Of a DNA stretch of 64,000 nt, positions 38,881 to 53,218 are shown piece by piece; position 1 is the first letter of the stretch, and each line of letters starts with the position of its first letter. The position numbers and the translations under genes are program-made. Under the pieces are notes generated by a model. That model had not been told where the DNA came from and made no database searches. It was given only the letters and a program-made list of their open reading frames with translations. Source of the stretch: Octopus sinensis (Eukaryota); the NCBI RefSeq assembly GCF_006345805.1, contig NC_043013.1, forward strand, positions 32,922,001 through 32,986,000, given 5' to 3'.

Positions 38881-39330
38881 TACAGGGTGGTGCGCGAACA
38901 AGTAACCCAGGTTCCGTGACATAGTGTAAATACAGAAATAAATTTACATACACGTCAAAGCATCCATCCCTTCGTTTCCAAGCCCCATTGTATTCTTTGG
39001 GTCGTAGCCTACCATAAATTTATTTCTATATTTATATTATGCTACCGAACCCAGGCTGCATTTTCGTGCGTCACTCTGTATAATTCGTTGTTGTAGATAT
39101 CAACGCGGACAAGAGAGCGGTAAGCGGAGCTAAATCTATATATTCTTAGACCGATCTTTGGGGTTAGGTGCTTCGGTAGCATAGATGGGCCATCGATAAT
39201 GTTGAGAGATTTGCGTGTTTGAAAGAAACAAGGGGTATAACTTGCCTCTAAATAAGAAGTAATATCTTGAGATCTGGGTTGCATCAAAATTCACGGATGT
39301 TAAAGAGTAAGTCGGGGAATTATCCAATGA
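38881..39330 (-). mobile_element. Possible degraded Tc1/mariner 3' end
   Basis: TACAGGGTGGTGCGCGAACAAGT at 38881 resembles a Tc1/mariner TIR; a minus frame gives QPRSQDI (cf. PPRSPDL). Weak. Confidence 0.3.
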
Positions 39331-39423
39331 GTTTGACTTAAGCTTTTTGCAACTAGAGAAATGTATGATACGTTATGAAGTGAAATTATCTCCAAAATTT
39401 CGACACGGAGTTTGTTAAACTTC

Positions 39424-39753
39424 AGGTGGTTGTGTGGTAAGTAGCTTGCTTACGAACTACATGGTTCTCGGTTAAGTCCCACTGCGTGGCACCTTGGGAA
39501 AATGTCTTCTACTATAGCCTCGGGCCGACCAAAGCCTTGTGTGTGGATTTGGTAGGCGGAAACTGAAAGAAGCCCGTCGTATATATATGTTTGTGTGTCT
39601 GTGTTTGCCCCCCCCAACATCGCTTGACAACCGATGCTGGTGTGTTTACGTCCCCGTCACTTAGCGGTTCGGCAAGAGAAACTGATAGAATAAGTACTTG
39701 GCTTACAAAGAATAAGCTCTGGGGTCCATTTGCTCGACTAAAGGCGGTGCTCC
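39424..39753 (+). mobile_element. Family-B SINE, 3'-truncated, short internal (TA)/(TG)
   Basis: Colinear with 2932-3514 up to AAAGGCGGTGCTCC. Confidence 0.88.
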
Positions 39754-40019
39754 TATTGTAAACACACACACACACAAGCATTCACACAACTCACATTTAT
39801 ATACGCACACATATACTCACGCAGAGTTGAAACGTTGTTTGATTATTTTTCACCATAGAATTTCCATCATCCCACTACCAAGTTTGCTATCACCCCTTCG
39901 TTCGTTCGTTAGTTAGTTCGTTCGTTTCTTCCTTCATTCCTGCCTTCCTTCCTTCCTTCCTTATTCATATATCAAACCCTTCCTTTGTCATTCATATGTT
40001 GTGACGGAGAAAGATACAA

Positions 40020-40106
40020 GAGTATTTTTAATACAGTCCTATATTTAAGAGATGAGGAATTTTGTACATTATTTACATTATTTACATTTGACTGGTATTT
40101 GTCCTC

Positions 40107-40158
<52 letters not shown>

Positions 40159-40297
40159 CATCGGAAAACAAATACCTTATGAATGAGAACCCAGGTTAGA
40201 AATTTCTCCAAGACACCTGATGAAGGCTGGAAGGTATATCAGCCGAAATGTTGTGTTACCAACAATATCCGTCAAATGTAAATAATGTAAATAATGA
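40020..40297. mobile_element. Penelope-like pseudo-LTR fragment with inverted arms and a hammerhead
   Basis: 40067-40099 and 40264-40296 are inverted repeats (31/33) enclosing (AAT)n and the ribozyme fold. Confidence 0.65.
40212..40257 (+). ncRNA. Minimal type-I hammerhead ribozyme, canonical CUGAUGA core with one-nt insertion
   Basis: GACAC-CTGATGA-A-GGCTG-gaaggtatat-CAGCC-GAA-ATGT-T-GTGTT: 5-bp stem I, 5-bp stem II, loopless stem III AUGU (likely from ACGU), predicted cut after 40252. Confidence 0.75.
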
Positions 40298-40639
40298 AGA
40301 GCATTATTATAGTTAGTTATCATTTCTGACGTGTTGGAGGTGATATTGGCCCTTCACCGGTTCTTCAACGCTAAGCACAAAAATTGCATTGTCAGAGCTA
40401 GGGGACGTGCCCCGAGGTACGTGGGAACAAAAGGCGCTCGATCGACCGGAAGACAGAATCAAAGAGCGGCAACAAAACTACAATTCGGTCTTTGACTTGA
40501 TTAGCACGTGCTACTCATTTCCAAGAACATGTGTGCAGCTTTTCATTGACACTTCGCTCCATTGACACTACCCAATGGCCTGCAGTGGCTAACCCAATAG
40601 CCTGGAGCGGAGCTCAGTAATAAGAAGATAACATCTAAC

Positions 40640-41170
40640 GAAATATGAGACACGATGATGGAGTGTACGATAGAGAATTCACTGGGTCTGGATGGATGGT
40701 CTGCCTTACGAGAAGTAGCGTAATGTTGGTAATGAGGATGAACCCGTATAAGGGAGAATGATTTTAACTACTTCAGGTCCATAACTCTGCTAAATTCAGT
40801 GAGGAAGATTTTTGGCCAAGGCCTGTGTAAGGAGGTTGGCGATTAATTTGATACTATGGTAGGTGATGCAAAGACATAAAACATAGTAAACAGATCTATC
40901 CACGAAAGCCTCCACTTCACGCGATACATCAAGGAAAGGGGAAGTAATGAACCTGATATGGACTGGGGTTTGGTGAGTTTAGATTAGTTGAAAGCATTTA
41001 ATGGGGTCGACCAACCGTACTTGTCGTTTGTTCTGAAAGCGGTTCGTATTTAGAAGCTGGATCGCTGCAATGTACAGTGGCATTTATCAGTGGTCCGAAT
41101 GAATGGTCGCTTATCGTAACCGTTTAGTATCATGCATCCAATCCACAAAGCAAGGCTTCCCTTCCCATTT
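40640..41170 (+). pseudogene. Tx1/L1-clade reverse transcriptase fragment
   Basis: Across frames: G.DGLPYE, FRSITLLNS.RKILAK, SIHESLHFTRYI, LKAFNGVDQPYLSFVLKA and WIAAMYSGI. These match L1/Tx1 RT motifs (RPITLLN.D.KILAK; LD..KAFD.V.H.YL). Confidence 0.7.
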
Positions 41171-41393
41171 TTGTACGTAGAAACTCGAGATGTCGACGAG
41201 CATTGCGAGAACTAGGAGGTGGAAGAACCGTGTTTGCATATCGGCGTTTTGGCCGTCTTTATGTTCAGAGTTCAAGTTCGACATTTGTGATCGCTCAAAT
41301 GAGTACCATTCACGCATCAGGTTCGATGTAATCGATCAGCTCTCTCCCTCAATACAGGCCTTCTGATTATAGCAGAAACGAATATTAATTTTG

Positions 41394-41445
<52 letters not shown>

Positions 41446-41864
41446 ATATCGCTATTGAAATCAAGTTTCAATATCTATCGTAACCCAGATTAAAACCGGA
41501 TTTTCAACTGATTCGAATTGGTTAAAGGACCAAGTGAAAAGTGAAACGAGAATTAAAAAAATTGTTTTTGCTAAAGAAAATGCCCTTTAATAACAATTAC
41601 AACAACAAGTCACCTCTAAATAAACTGACTAAACAAGAAAAGAAGGAAAAATATAAAATATGTAAATAAATATCAATATTAACACACACACACATATCAA
41701 TATATATCAATAGGTATGAATTATATATATATATATATAAATGTGTGTGTGAGTATATATATATAGATATATATATCAATATATATATATGAATATATAT
41801 ATAGATATATATATATATATAATATATATACGTATATATATATGTATATATATATATATGTATA

Positions 41865-41922
<58 letters not shown>

Positions 41923-42008
41923 TTTTTGATTTTTTGATTTTTCCAGTTTCGGCTCATGAGCTGTATAAATATATATAATATAAATATATATAATATATAC
42001 ATGTATAA

Positions 42009-42039
<31 letters not shown>

Positions 42040-42041
42040 TC

Positions 42042-42104
<63 letters not shown>

Positions 42105-42864
42105 GTACATAAAAGATGTAAAAATACGCGATAGAACAAAGAAGAAAAAAAACAGAAAAAATAGGCAGAAAGATAGAATGAAAAACGGAAAAAAGAAGGA
42201 AAGAAGGACTGAAAGAATGAAAGCAAGAACAATAAATGATATATTGGTTTCTTTCCAAGAGATTAGAAGTCCGATTTCTTGGTAATAAGTCTTCGCAAAG
42301 TATTTTCTTTGGATGTCATTTGTTGGAAGCAGGTTTTCGCGTTTGGGGAATTTTCGATGTTTGGTCTTTTGGAATTATATTCCAATCTGTTCTTATCAGA
42401 AAATGAAGAATTCTGATATCTGTGTGTTTTTTTTTCTTGTTTTTATGCAATGTAGTTTTCCTTCTTTTATCTTTATGTTTTTGTTGTTGGGGGTTTGGGT
42501 TTTAGAGGGTTGGGGGGTAGCGGCTGGGCACGGCGAGTGTAGCTTGTAGTAGTTAATTCCTTTGTCTTCTGACACTACAACCACCACTACCACCAGCACC
42601 GTAACAACTCTCCTGCCCCTCTTCTGCCAGCCCCCCCAACCATACCTCACACCCACTACCACCCCACGACATCTATCACCATCGCCATCACCATCATATC
42701 CAACAGCATCACTACCACTGCCATCAAGAGTCTTAACACCCCTGAAAATATCGCAACAGCCACCACCAAGATTATAACTATCATCATCATCATCATCATC
42801 GTCATCATCATCAGCATCATCATTACCACTACCACAACCGTCATTATCATCATCATCATCATCG

Positions 42865-42897
<33 letters not shown>

Positions 42898-43372
42898 ACA
42901 TCATCAATCACTGTAACCAGGCCCTCACCTTCAAGATTATTCCTTTCAGTTTGGTCTTACATCATACTACTTCACTTCCAGCTGCCTCACCTCGTCCTCT
43001 TCCTCTCCCTCCTCTTCTCGAAAATATTCACTCATTCTACAACTTCTCTCCAACAATACTTTCACTGTCCTCCCCTTCCTCCTCCCCTCCGCCTCCTTCG
43101 CCTCCTCATCCTTCATCTCTTGCTTCTTTTTTTGTTTTTTTTTACGTCTCCATCCTCTTTCCACTTCTTGCGTCATGTCCTTCCTATTTTCGCCTTGTTA
43201 GGTCGTTTCACAGCCGTAAGCAGCGAAAAGCTCTTGGGAAATGCATGATTATCCTAACATCACATTACACACAACACCTTTTAAAACCACATATATCAAC
43301 GGTAATTTTCCCTTCATTGCGCAAGACACTGATATATAATTTCCCCAAATGTCACACCTATTTCATTCGTGT

Positions 43373-43377
43373 TGTTG

Positions 43378-43408
<31 letters not shown>

Positions 43409-43421
43409 ATTATTATTATTA

Positions 43422-43464
<43 letters not shown>

Positions 43465-43683
43465 GTTATGCAACTAACAGAATCGTTAAATCATTGTACA
43501 AAATGTTTTGTAGAATTATGTTACTTTTCCTTGCCTCCTGAGTTCAAATTCCACCAAAGTCGACTTTCGAGGTTAATAAGTTAAGTACCAGTTGCGTACT
43601 GTGGTCTGTCGGATTGACTGCCCCCCCCCTCCCCGCAAAAATTTCAGGCGCTGCGCATATAGTAGAAAAGATTATCATTATTA

Positions 43684-43756
<73 letters not shown>

Positions 43757-43971
43757 GTTACACAACTGGTAGAAGCATTAAATCAGTGTACAAAATGCTT
43801 TGCGGTATTTTGTTGCTATTCTTTGCCTCCTGAGTTCAAATTCCTCCGAAGTCGACTTTACCTTCTATCCTTTCTGGGTCGATAAGATAAGTACCATTTG
43901 GGTGCTGAGGTTGATGTAATCGACTTATCCCATCCCCTACAAATTGCTGCCCCTGTGGCAGAATTTGAAAC

Positions 43972-44038
<67 letters not shown>

Positions 44039-44345
44039 TATTGTCTTTGAACAATTTCTAACGCTGGAGATGTACTACGGTGTACTATTCCCTACCAGTG
44101 TACTAAGGTAATACCCCTTATTTTTCGAGCATCTTCCGGAGTATTCGAGCGGTTCCAAGCAGTGCTGTTTTCTGCAAGTGCTCCACCCTTATTGCAACCA
44201 CTAGTTGTTCCATGTACTTCTCAAGGATTTTACTCACTGCTCCCAGGACCCCGACAATTATTCTACTTTTTTCATCGAACACAACTGCCTAAACTCCCCA
44301 GCTAACCTGTCACTTTTCTCGACTTTTCTTTCTTCCTTTTCGCAT

Positions 44346-44395
<50 letters not shown>

Positions 44396-44500
44396 AAAAA
44401 ATGAAGGCTGCCATAACCATCAAGAGAGCGATATTTCGACATCTCGTGTTTCTTCCACAAAACCAAAAAATATACGTGCCAACTACTTCAGTTTCGTTCA

Positions 44501-44565
<65 letters not shown>

Positions 44566-44585
44566 TATTATTATTATTATTATAT
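43373..44585. repeat. Cluster of (TAT)n arrays interleaved with two A-type SINE remnants (about 43478-43672, 43768-43975) and an R4/Dong fragment
   Basis: Five (TAT)n runs visible; the SINE bodies end in tails running into (ATT)n. Confidence 0.85.
44043..44346 (-). mobile_element. R4/Dong-like non-LTR retrotransposon 3' end (restriction-like endonuclease C-terminus + 3' UTR)
   Basis: Minus translation KEERKVEK..L.GEFRQLC..IVGVLGAVSKILEKYMEQL..RVEHLQKTALLGTARILRKMLEK*; ends AAAGAC then (AAT)n; (TAT)n on both sides. Confidence 0.8.
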
Positions 44586-45044
44586 GTAATTGGCAATATG
44601 ATTCAGGACAAAATGGTGGTGGTATTCATTTTTGACTTTTTACGCTCTTAGTTGAAATCCTGCCGAGGTCAGCTTGGCTTTTCATTGTTTCAGTGTCGAA
44701 AATCAAAGTATCAACCAGGTACTGGATTCAGTCATATCGACTAACTTCGCTTCTTTGCTAGCCTTATGCATAAATTAGAATCTTTGGACTATCAGGTGAA
44801 TTCATTTTCGTAATTATTAACAATACTTCAGGTCTGAGTTGAAATCCCACCAGACTCAATTTTGACAATCATTCATTCTATTGCGAAGAATAAGATAAGG
44901 GACAGAAATTACTAGATATCAGCCATTTAGTAGTAGTATTATTAGTCTTCACAGCCAATAACATGAGGTTGAAAACTGTACGGTATACTCAAGCACTTTG
45001 TTCCCACGAAACATACTTGCTTCATACTCTTTTTTGATGTGGCG

Positions 45045-45634
45045 GGGCTCATCTCAGATTAGTGGTCCCAGAGACATAGTCATGCGTAGAGTCCACCAAG
45101 TCAACTAGTGCTCTCCATTGTTGGTGGTCCTGTGCCAACCCCTCTGTATCCTCCAAGGGGACATCGAGTCTTTGGAGATCTTCATTCGCGTCCAGCCATC
45201 TGGTGCTGGGCCTGCTACGAAGCCTCTTCTCGCGCGCGGCTACTGCGTCGAATGAGAGTAAAGCTTTGGCTTTAGTGGCAGAAGGAAGACATGTCCATAC
45301 CAGCGCATTGAAGGGGACATGTCCGTACCAGCGCATGCAAAAGGACGTGTCCGTACCAGCACATGCAACAGATAGTTACGAAGTGGGAGACTGTAGGTAG
45401 ATGGCTGCGCGCATGCAGTCCTTTGTTGGAAACGTGTTGGTATCATCATGTTCTCATTATGGAACCCCTTTTGGCGTCACTTCCCTATCTTTCAGAAGAT
45501 CAAGCTCTGCATCTACGGCGCATCAGCCCTTCTAGTTCTCCAGGAGCGTGGTGCACCTCGAAGACGCTGGCAAAGTGGTTAGACAGTTTCGACGGCAGAA
45601 ACCTGAGAGCAATCAAAAACATCAGATGGTACCA
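45045..45634 (-). mobile_element. RTE-like LINE 3' fragment with inverted 5' segment
   Basis: Minus 45045-45452: YQHVSN..MRWYGHV..KRLRSRPSTRWLD..LAQDHQQWRALV. Plus 45453-45634: KIKLCIY..LAKWLDSFDGRNLRAIKNIRWY, the part normally directly upstream. Confidence 0.8.
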
Positions 45635-45969
45635 TGACGTTTTACGAAACACAATTCAAGTAAATCAAACAGAAAGGACCTTGACAACCGAAACAAGACG
45701 TATGTGTGACTACATATATATATACACACACATATATACGGAGAAATAGTTCGTAGTTATACCAAGAATATTTCTTTTCTGATGTACAATTTGCAGAAGG
45801 CTCGCTGTGACTTGCTTCGCACAAAGACCAAATTTTCGTTATAAATACGAATATATATGGCTATGATTATTAAATACATAGGCATAAACATGTAAAGTAT
45901 ATAATACACAAATATTTAAAAATATGGCATAGGATGAATATTAACATGTGTCATGTACATACACATAAC

Positions 45970-46322
<353 letters not shown>

Positions 46323-47030
46323 GTGTCTTCCTTCGTATCTGTCTCTCTGCCTCTGTTTCTGTCTCTGTGTCTCTCGGTACACTAAAGTTCATACGCATAC
46401 ACATATAAAACATGCATACTTACAAACACGCCTAAACTTATATAAATAAATAAACATTTATGCATGAATATATACTTAAATTGTTGCAATAAATGTAAGC
46501 CTAATGTAAAATAAAATAAATAGTGGAATAATTTTAATAAAATATACAGACCACGAAAAATAATCGTTTTTAATAAGATGTTATGAGCGGTATGGGGCGG
46601 GTTTGGAATCCTTATTTCAATGGCGATGTTTAAGAAATAGAAATATGTTACCCTAGGGACCGGTGTATTTTGGAGAGAGAAGAATTGATGAGTTGAAAGT
46701 GTTGTTGAAGGGGAAAACATGGGGCGAGGAACAGTGTAATAAGAATATGGGAAAGATAGAGAATGAGGCAATGGAAAAGAGGGAGCGAAAGAGAGATGGA
46801 GAGAGCGGGGGAGCAGGAAAGAGAGGGAGAAAGTGGGGGTAACAGCGTGAAACATTGTTGGCTTTTAATTTGACGAAAGATGAAAAAAATTATAGAAGGG
46901 TAGTTTAAGAGTTATGAACTGTGAGTTTGAAACTAATGGTAATGGAGCGATAATGTGACACAGAAAAGGAGAGAAAAGAAGGGAGATTTGGGGATTCGAG
47001 AGGAGAAAATTAGAGAGAAAGAGGTAGCGC

Positions 47031-47089
<59 letters not shown>

Positions 47090-47899
47090 GGTTGGATAGA
47101 TTGAGGAAGATGACTACAGAAAAGGAATGTGTGGTGGGGAAACATGATGATAAGAAATTGATGGTAAAAGAATAATTGACGTTAGAAATTAAACGACAGA
47201 CAAAAATGAGAACATATTGATGATAATTACCATAACCACCACAATCACCATCACCACCACCACCACCACCACCACCACCACCGCCACACCACCACCAGCA
47301 TGATCACCATCGCCAAAGTCACGGCTAAACTTTCCACCATCCAACACAATCTTCACCGTCGCCAATATTAACCAGCAATAGCAGTACCTTCACCACAAAC
47401 ATTCCATCACCCCAATCCACCTCCTCCTCCTCCTCCTCATCCTCATCATCATCATCACGAACATTAATTTTAACAGCCACCTCATCAACAAGAGTAACGA
47501 TAGGATCAGTGGGATTGAAGTTAGGGCGTTAGTCGATGCCCTAAATTTCATTACTTGACTGATACTTCATTTTATCGACCACGAAAAAAGCAATGGCGGA
47601 GTTGATGTCTTCGGTATTTTACCAACGACGGAAAAATCCAGGAACAATTACTGCAAGCCTCTTTGCCTGCCGTTCAAATGAACAACAAAAACAACAACAA
47701 CAACAAGAGCAACAACGATGATAAAATGCACAGGGCCCGAAATATTAGTGGGGGTGGCTAACCGATTACATCGATCTCAATGCACAAATGATACTCATTT
47801 CATCGAACCCGAACAGATATAAATACAAAGTAAATCTCAGAACGTAAAGGCGGACGAAATGCCGTTATGCATTGTGTCCGGTGCGGTAATTGTAGTAAT

Positions 47900-48478
47900 A
47901 AGTTAATTATGGCTGCTCGGAAATAAACAATTAGGATGATAAAGAGAAGAATTGATAAGGGCGAAGATTGATAAAATTCAGTCTGAGAGCAGATGCAGAA
48001 TCTGTGAAATCTGAAACGAATGTATTAACTGCTTCATACGTGAAAGCCATAAGCTAGCACGAAAAGAGTATAAGCGTGACTATGTCGGTAAAAGAATGCA
48101 TGGGAATGTTTGCCAACCGTGTAGTTGGGATCTTTCAATAAAAACTGGAGATACAATCGAAGCAAGAAGATCAGATTTGATTGTAGAGGACAAAAAAATC
48201 GTGTAAGATAATACAATTTGCAATACTACATAATAATTGAGTAAATACTAAAGAAATTGAGAAAACTGGTAAATGTTAGAACCTATTCAAGGAGATGAAG
48301 TTGTTGTGGAAGACTAAGTTAGGAATTGTTCCTGTGGTGATTGTTGTCTTTGGTTCAATACTCAAACTGCTGCATAAGAGGCGGAAAAATATTGTAACTG
48401 TTATTCGCATTGTTGACCTGCAGAAAACTGCAGTCCTCGTATGTACTGCTAGAATCTTAAGAAAGACTTTCGAAAGAC
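47900..48478 (+). mobile_element. R4/Dong-like non-LTR retrotransposon C-terminal fragment (zinc knuckle + PD..D nuclease)
   Basis: Across frames: LIMAA, SRCRICE, KLARKEYKR, RRSDLIVEDK, KEIEK, KLLWK..IVPVVI..DLQKTAVL..TARILRK; ends AAAGAC then (AAT)n. Confidence 0.78.
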
Positions 48479-48537
<59 letters not shown>

Positions 48538-48712
48538 AAGAAGAAGAAGAAGAAGAAGAGAAGAAGAAGAAGAGAAGAAGAAGAAGAGAAGAAGAAAAAA
48601 AGAAGAAGAAAAGAAGAAGAAGAAGAAGACGAAGAAGAGAAGAAGAGAAAAGAAGAAGAAGAAGAAGAAGAGAAGAAGAAGAAGAAGAAGAAGAAGAAGA
48701 AGAAGAAGAAGA
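48479..48712. repeat. (AAT)n followed by (AAG)n microsatellite
   Basis: Directly visible runs. Confidence 0.93.
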
Positions 48713-48822
48713 ATCCCCTACAATCTATCATTGTCATATTAAACGACATTATCCTACCCCACCATCTCGGGTCCTCGAATTGGCAATGTGGATAAAATGC
48801 TAGAAATAACAGGACACGTGTA

Positions 48823-48965
48823 AGGCGGTGAACCGGCAGAATGGTTAGCGTACCGCGCAAAATCCGTAGCGACACTTCATCCGTATATTTACGTTCTGAG
48901 TTCAAATTCCGCCGAGGCCGACTGTGCCTTTCAGTCTTTCGAGACCGATAAAATAAGTACCTGAT
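48823..48965 (+). mobile_element. Family-A SINE 5' part
   Basis: GGCGGTGAACCGGCAGAATGGTTAG..GAGTTCAAATTCCGCCGAGG..GATAAAATAAGTACC. Confidence 0.75.
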
Positions 48966-49079
48966 GAACATTTCCTCGACATTGTTGACCCTGTATTACA
49001 GTTTAAAATCAATAACAAGAATACATTGTTTTTGTATGTGGAAATTTTATAGTTACATTGTATCTCCTTGATATCGTTG

Positions 49080-49474
49080 TCCTCCTCCTCCTCTTCATCA
49101 TCATCATCATCATCATCCTCATCATCATCATCCTCATCATCATCCTCATCATCATCAACATCATCATCATCATCATCTTCATCATCATCATCTCCACTAC
49201 CACAACCATAACCATCGTCGTTGTCGTCGTCGTCACCATTATCATCCCTATTGTTCATCGTATACATCATCTTCATTGTCGTTGTAGTCATTATCACCAT
49301 CATCAACATCATCATCATCATCATCAAATACGTCGGAATAATTTTGATCATTATTATCCTTATCCTTGTCGCATCCAACCATCGCCAGCATCGCTCCTAC
49401 CACCATTATCGTCGTTATCGTCGTCGTCGTTTTCACCAGTGTCATCACCGTTATCATCATCATCATCATCACCG

Positions 49475-49507
<33 letters not shown>

Positions 49508-49509
49508 AG

Positions 49510-49540
<31 letters not shown>

Positions 49541-49643
49541 ACGTCATTATCATCATCATCATTATCAACATCATCATCAACATCATCATCATCATCAACA
49601 TGATCATCATCATCACCGTCATCATCATCATCATCATCATCAA

Positions 49644-49684
<41 letters not shown>

Positions 49685-49959
49685 CCGTCATCATCATCAT
49701 CATCATCATCAACATCAACATCACCGTCATCATCATCATCATCATCATCAACATCATCATCATCATCATTATCATCACATCATCATCATCATCATCATCA
49801 TCATCACCGTCATCATCATCATCATCATCATCATCATCACAATCATCATCACCATCATCATCACATCATCATCATCATCATCAACATCATCATCATCATC
49901 ATCATCACCTCATCATCATCATCTCATCATCATCATCACAATCATCATCATCATCATCG

Positions 49960-49998
<39 letters not shown>

Positions 49999-50001
49999 CC
50001 G

Positions 50002-50040
<39 letters not shown>

Positions 50041-50086
50041 CCGTCATCATCATCATCATCATCATCATCATCACAATCATCATCAC

Positions 50087-50147
<61 letters not shown>

Positions 50148-50148
50148 G

Positions 50149-50184
<36 letters not shown>

Positions 50185-50200
50185 ACAACAACAACCGAAC
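49080..50200. repeat. Very long interrupted (ATC)n array
   Basis: About 1.1 kb of ATC with ACC/GTC/AAC interruptions. Confidence 0.95.
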
Positions 50201-50721
50201 AACAACGATAACAACAGGAGCAGCATTAGCGGCAACAGCAGCATAATCAGCAGCAGCAGCAGCGGCGGCGGCGCTGGTTGGTGTTATAGCACAGAATATT
50301 GTGATCGTTATCATCATTGTTATTCAAGTTGTAAAAATATATCATTTATGTTCCCAAGTTTAAAAGGTATAATAAATTTCAGGGAATCATGAATAATTGA
50401 ATTTGTTCGTTAAGCTTTGATTGTCTTGGGAATAATTCTAATTCCTGATAGAGTCTTTGTGTTTTTAGCCTTTTGAAATGTGTTTTCTAGTTTTTATTTT
50501 ATTTTATTTTTATTTTATTTTGACTTGCACTTTTGTCTTTTATGTTTTTGTTGCAAGGCTATGTATAAATTTGTGTACTCATTCAGAGGTAATATTTACC
50601 TTTATATATATATATATGCGTGTGTCTCTGAGCGCGGTCGTGCGTGTAATACACACACATACACACACACACACACACAGACATATATATATATACACAT
50701 ACACGCGTATACGCGGACATG

Positions 50722-50759
<38 letters not shown>

Positions 50760-50858
50760 AAATACGTATGTATTTTTCATATATATCTATATCTATATCT
50801 ATCTCTCAATATATATATATATACATACACACACACACACAACACACACACACACACG

Positions 50859-50894
<36 letters not shown>

Positions 50895-50986
50895 ATATAT
50901 ACATATATACACGCACATATATATATATATGTATATATATATGTATATATATGAGTATATATATATATACATATATATATGTATAC

Positions 50987-51031
<45 letters not shown>

Positions 51032-51258
51032 GTGTATGCATATGTTCATGCATTCATAGACACGTATAAACACATGCAGGCACACACACACACATATACA
51101 CATACATACGCATATATATATGCGTATTCGTGTATATATATATATATATGAGTATGAATGTAAGTATTTATCCTATACATGTATTCATAGATACATACAT
51201 AGATACATGCAGTCATACACATAGATATAAACACATGTATAAATATATGTGTATGCAC

Positions 51259-51293
<35 letters not shown>

Positions 51294-52194
51294 TAGATAG
51301 ATAGATATATAAAATCATTTATGCATACATAAATGGGCACACATAAACACTGGTACGTACGCATATACCCACGCACGCACACACGGGCACACATACACAC
51401 ACACATATATGTGATAAATCTGTTTGCGGTGGTTATCTTTTCAATATCTCTTTGTCTACTCTACGAGTGCAAGCGAGATGCGAAATATCAAGATTGCATA
51501 GCATTGTATTGATACGAGTGCCGCATGTGATACTCTTACAGTATATTCTGTAACAGCTTCAAAAGCAATGTTTTAATTTAGAAGTAAAACTTCAGTTTTT
51601 AATTTTGTAATTTTGTACGCCATACTTTATATATATATCATGACAGACAACAAACATTTTAGAATCATTTAGTTCAGAGAATTCAACGCTATATTCTCTA
51701 TAATCCATCATATTTTCAATGCTGCATTTAAATTGGAATAAACGGAAATGTCCCGATTATTGCCGGTTAAAATAATGCTATTTCCGATATTATGCAGTTT
51801 ATAGTTCAGATACTGCGCATTATTATTCGATTGACTGAGATATAAAATATTAAAATATGAAATATAAAATTAATGTCACACATTCACCCTTTCAAAATCC
51901 TTTCTCTTCATGTAGTCGCAGCCAAATATTGTGACCTGATAGAAATATATTTCTTAAGTTGCTTATAACGTCGGTAGGCGTACATACACTGCATATGCGT
52001 GATTTGGTATTAATGTATATACCGTGTTATTCGATAATTTTGATGTAGCAGTCTAGAGTTTACTATATTTCCAAACCTTCAAATTATTGGTATGAATTCT
52101 AAATAAATTACTACTACTTGCACAATTGTACAATTGATGAGAAACAGAGAAGTTATTAGGATTATCCCCAAAATTACCAATAACAGAGCAAATA

Positions 52195-52405
52195 AGTCGG
52201 TGAGCTGGTAGAAGCGTTAGCACACCAGGCAAAATATTTAGCGGCATTTCCTTCACCTACGCTCTGCGTTCAAATCCCACCGAAGTCGTCTTTGCCTTTA
52301 ATCTTTTAGAGGTCGGTAAAATTAGTAAAAATTGAGTGCTGGACTCGATGTAATCGACTAGCCCCACTCTCCCAAAATTTCTGGCCTTATACCAAAATTT
52401 GAAAT
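52195..52405 (+). mobile_element. Degraded family-A-type SINE
   Basis: GGTGAGCTGGTAGAAGCGTTAG head, GTTCAAATCCC B-box, tail CCAAAATTTGAAATC. Confidence 0.7.
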
Positions 52406-53218
52406 CAATAATTGGAGTACATATGGTTTGGGGTAAGAAAGGCCAAGATAACATTATTAGTATACCAACTGTACATAACGTTGTTCAGACTGCATGATTT
52501 TTATTAACAATAGGAAGAAAGCGTTACTTCGTCAGCCATATTTCCATGAAACAGGAAACAGAAGAATTGCAATTAGTGAACTTGGAATATTTCTGTTAGC
52601 GATTTTAGCGCCTTTTGTCACGTGAGATAGAAAACTTATTGCATAAATTTAAGTCAAGCAACCATAAAAACGAAGTCTAAGCTTAAACTAATCCAAAGAA
52701 AACTGGAATTACTTTTCTATTCTAGGCACATGGCCCGAAATTTTGGGGGAGGGGCCCCAGTCGATTAGACCGATCCCAGTACGCAACTGGTATTTAATTT
52801 ATCGACCCAGAAAAGATGAAAGGCAAAGTCGAAATTGAAATGTAGACTAACGAGATATCTTCTAGAAATTAAGCTCTGGATGCCTTTACTGGTTTAAAGC
52901 TCAGCCTGGAATCCATACTGTTAGGTTTATAAAGCAAAGTAGAAGCGTTAATAACGGTACAGCATCTAGATGGTTCACCGAAAGTTTAAGATGTTAGTAT
53001 TAATGACGATGGATAAATTATGAACGTCGACGAATTGGAATAATTTTGGAAAGCAATGTCTAAATATTTGTTATTTGATGAAGAAATACTGGTGGTATAT
53101 ATTTTATCGGCCCCGAAAGGATGGAAGGTGGAGTCGATCCCGGTGGTATGATCTTTGTGAACCTTAAAATGTCTTTTGGGGCCTCCGTTAGATTTGCAGA
53201 CCTTACGGCATACACAGT

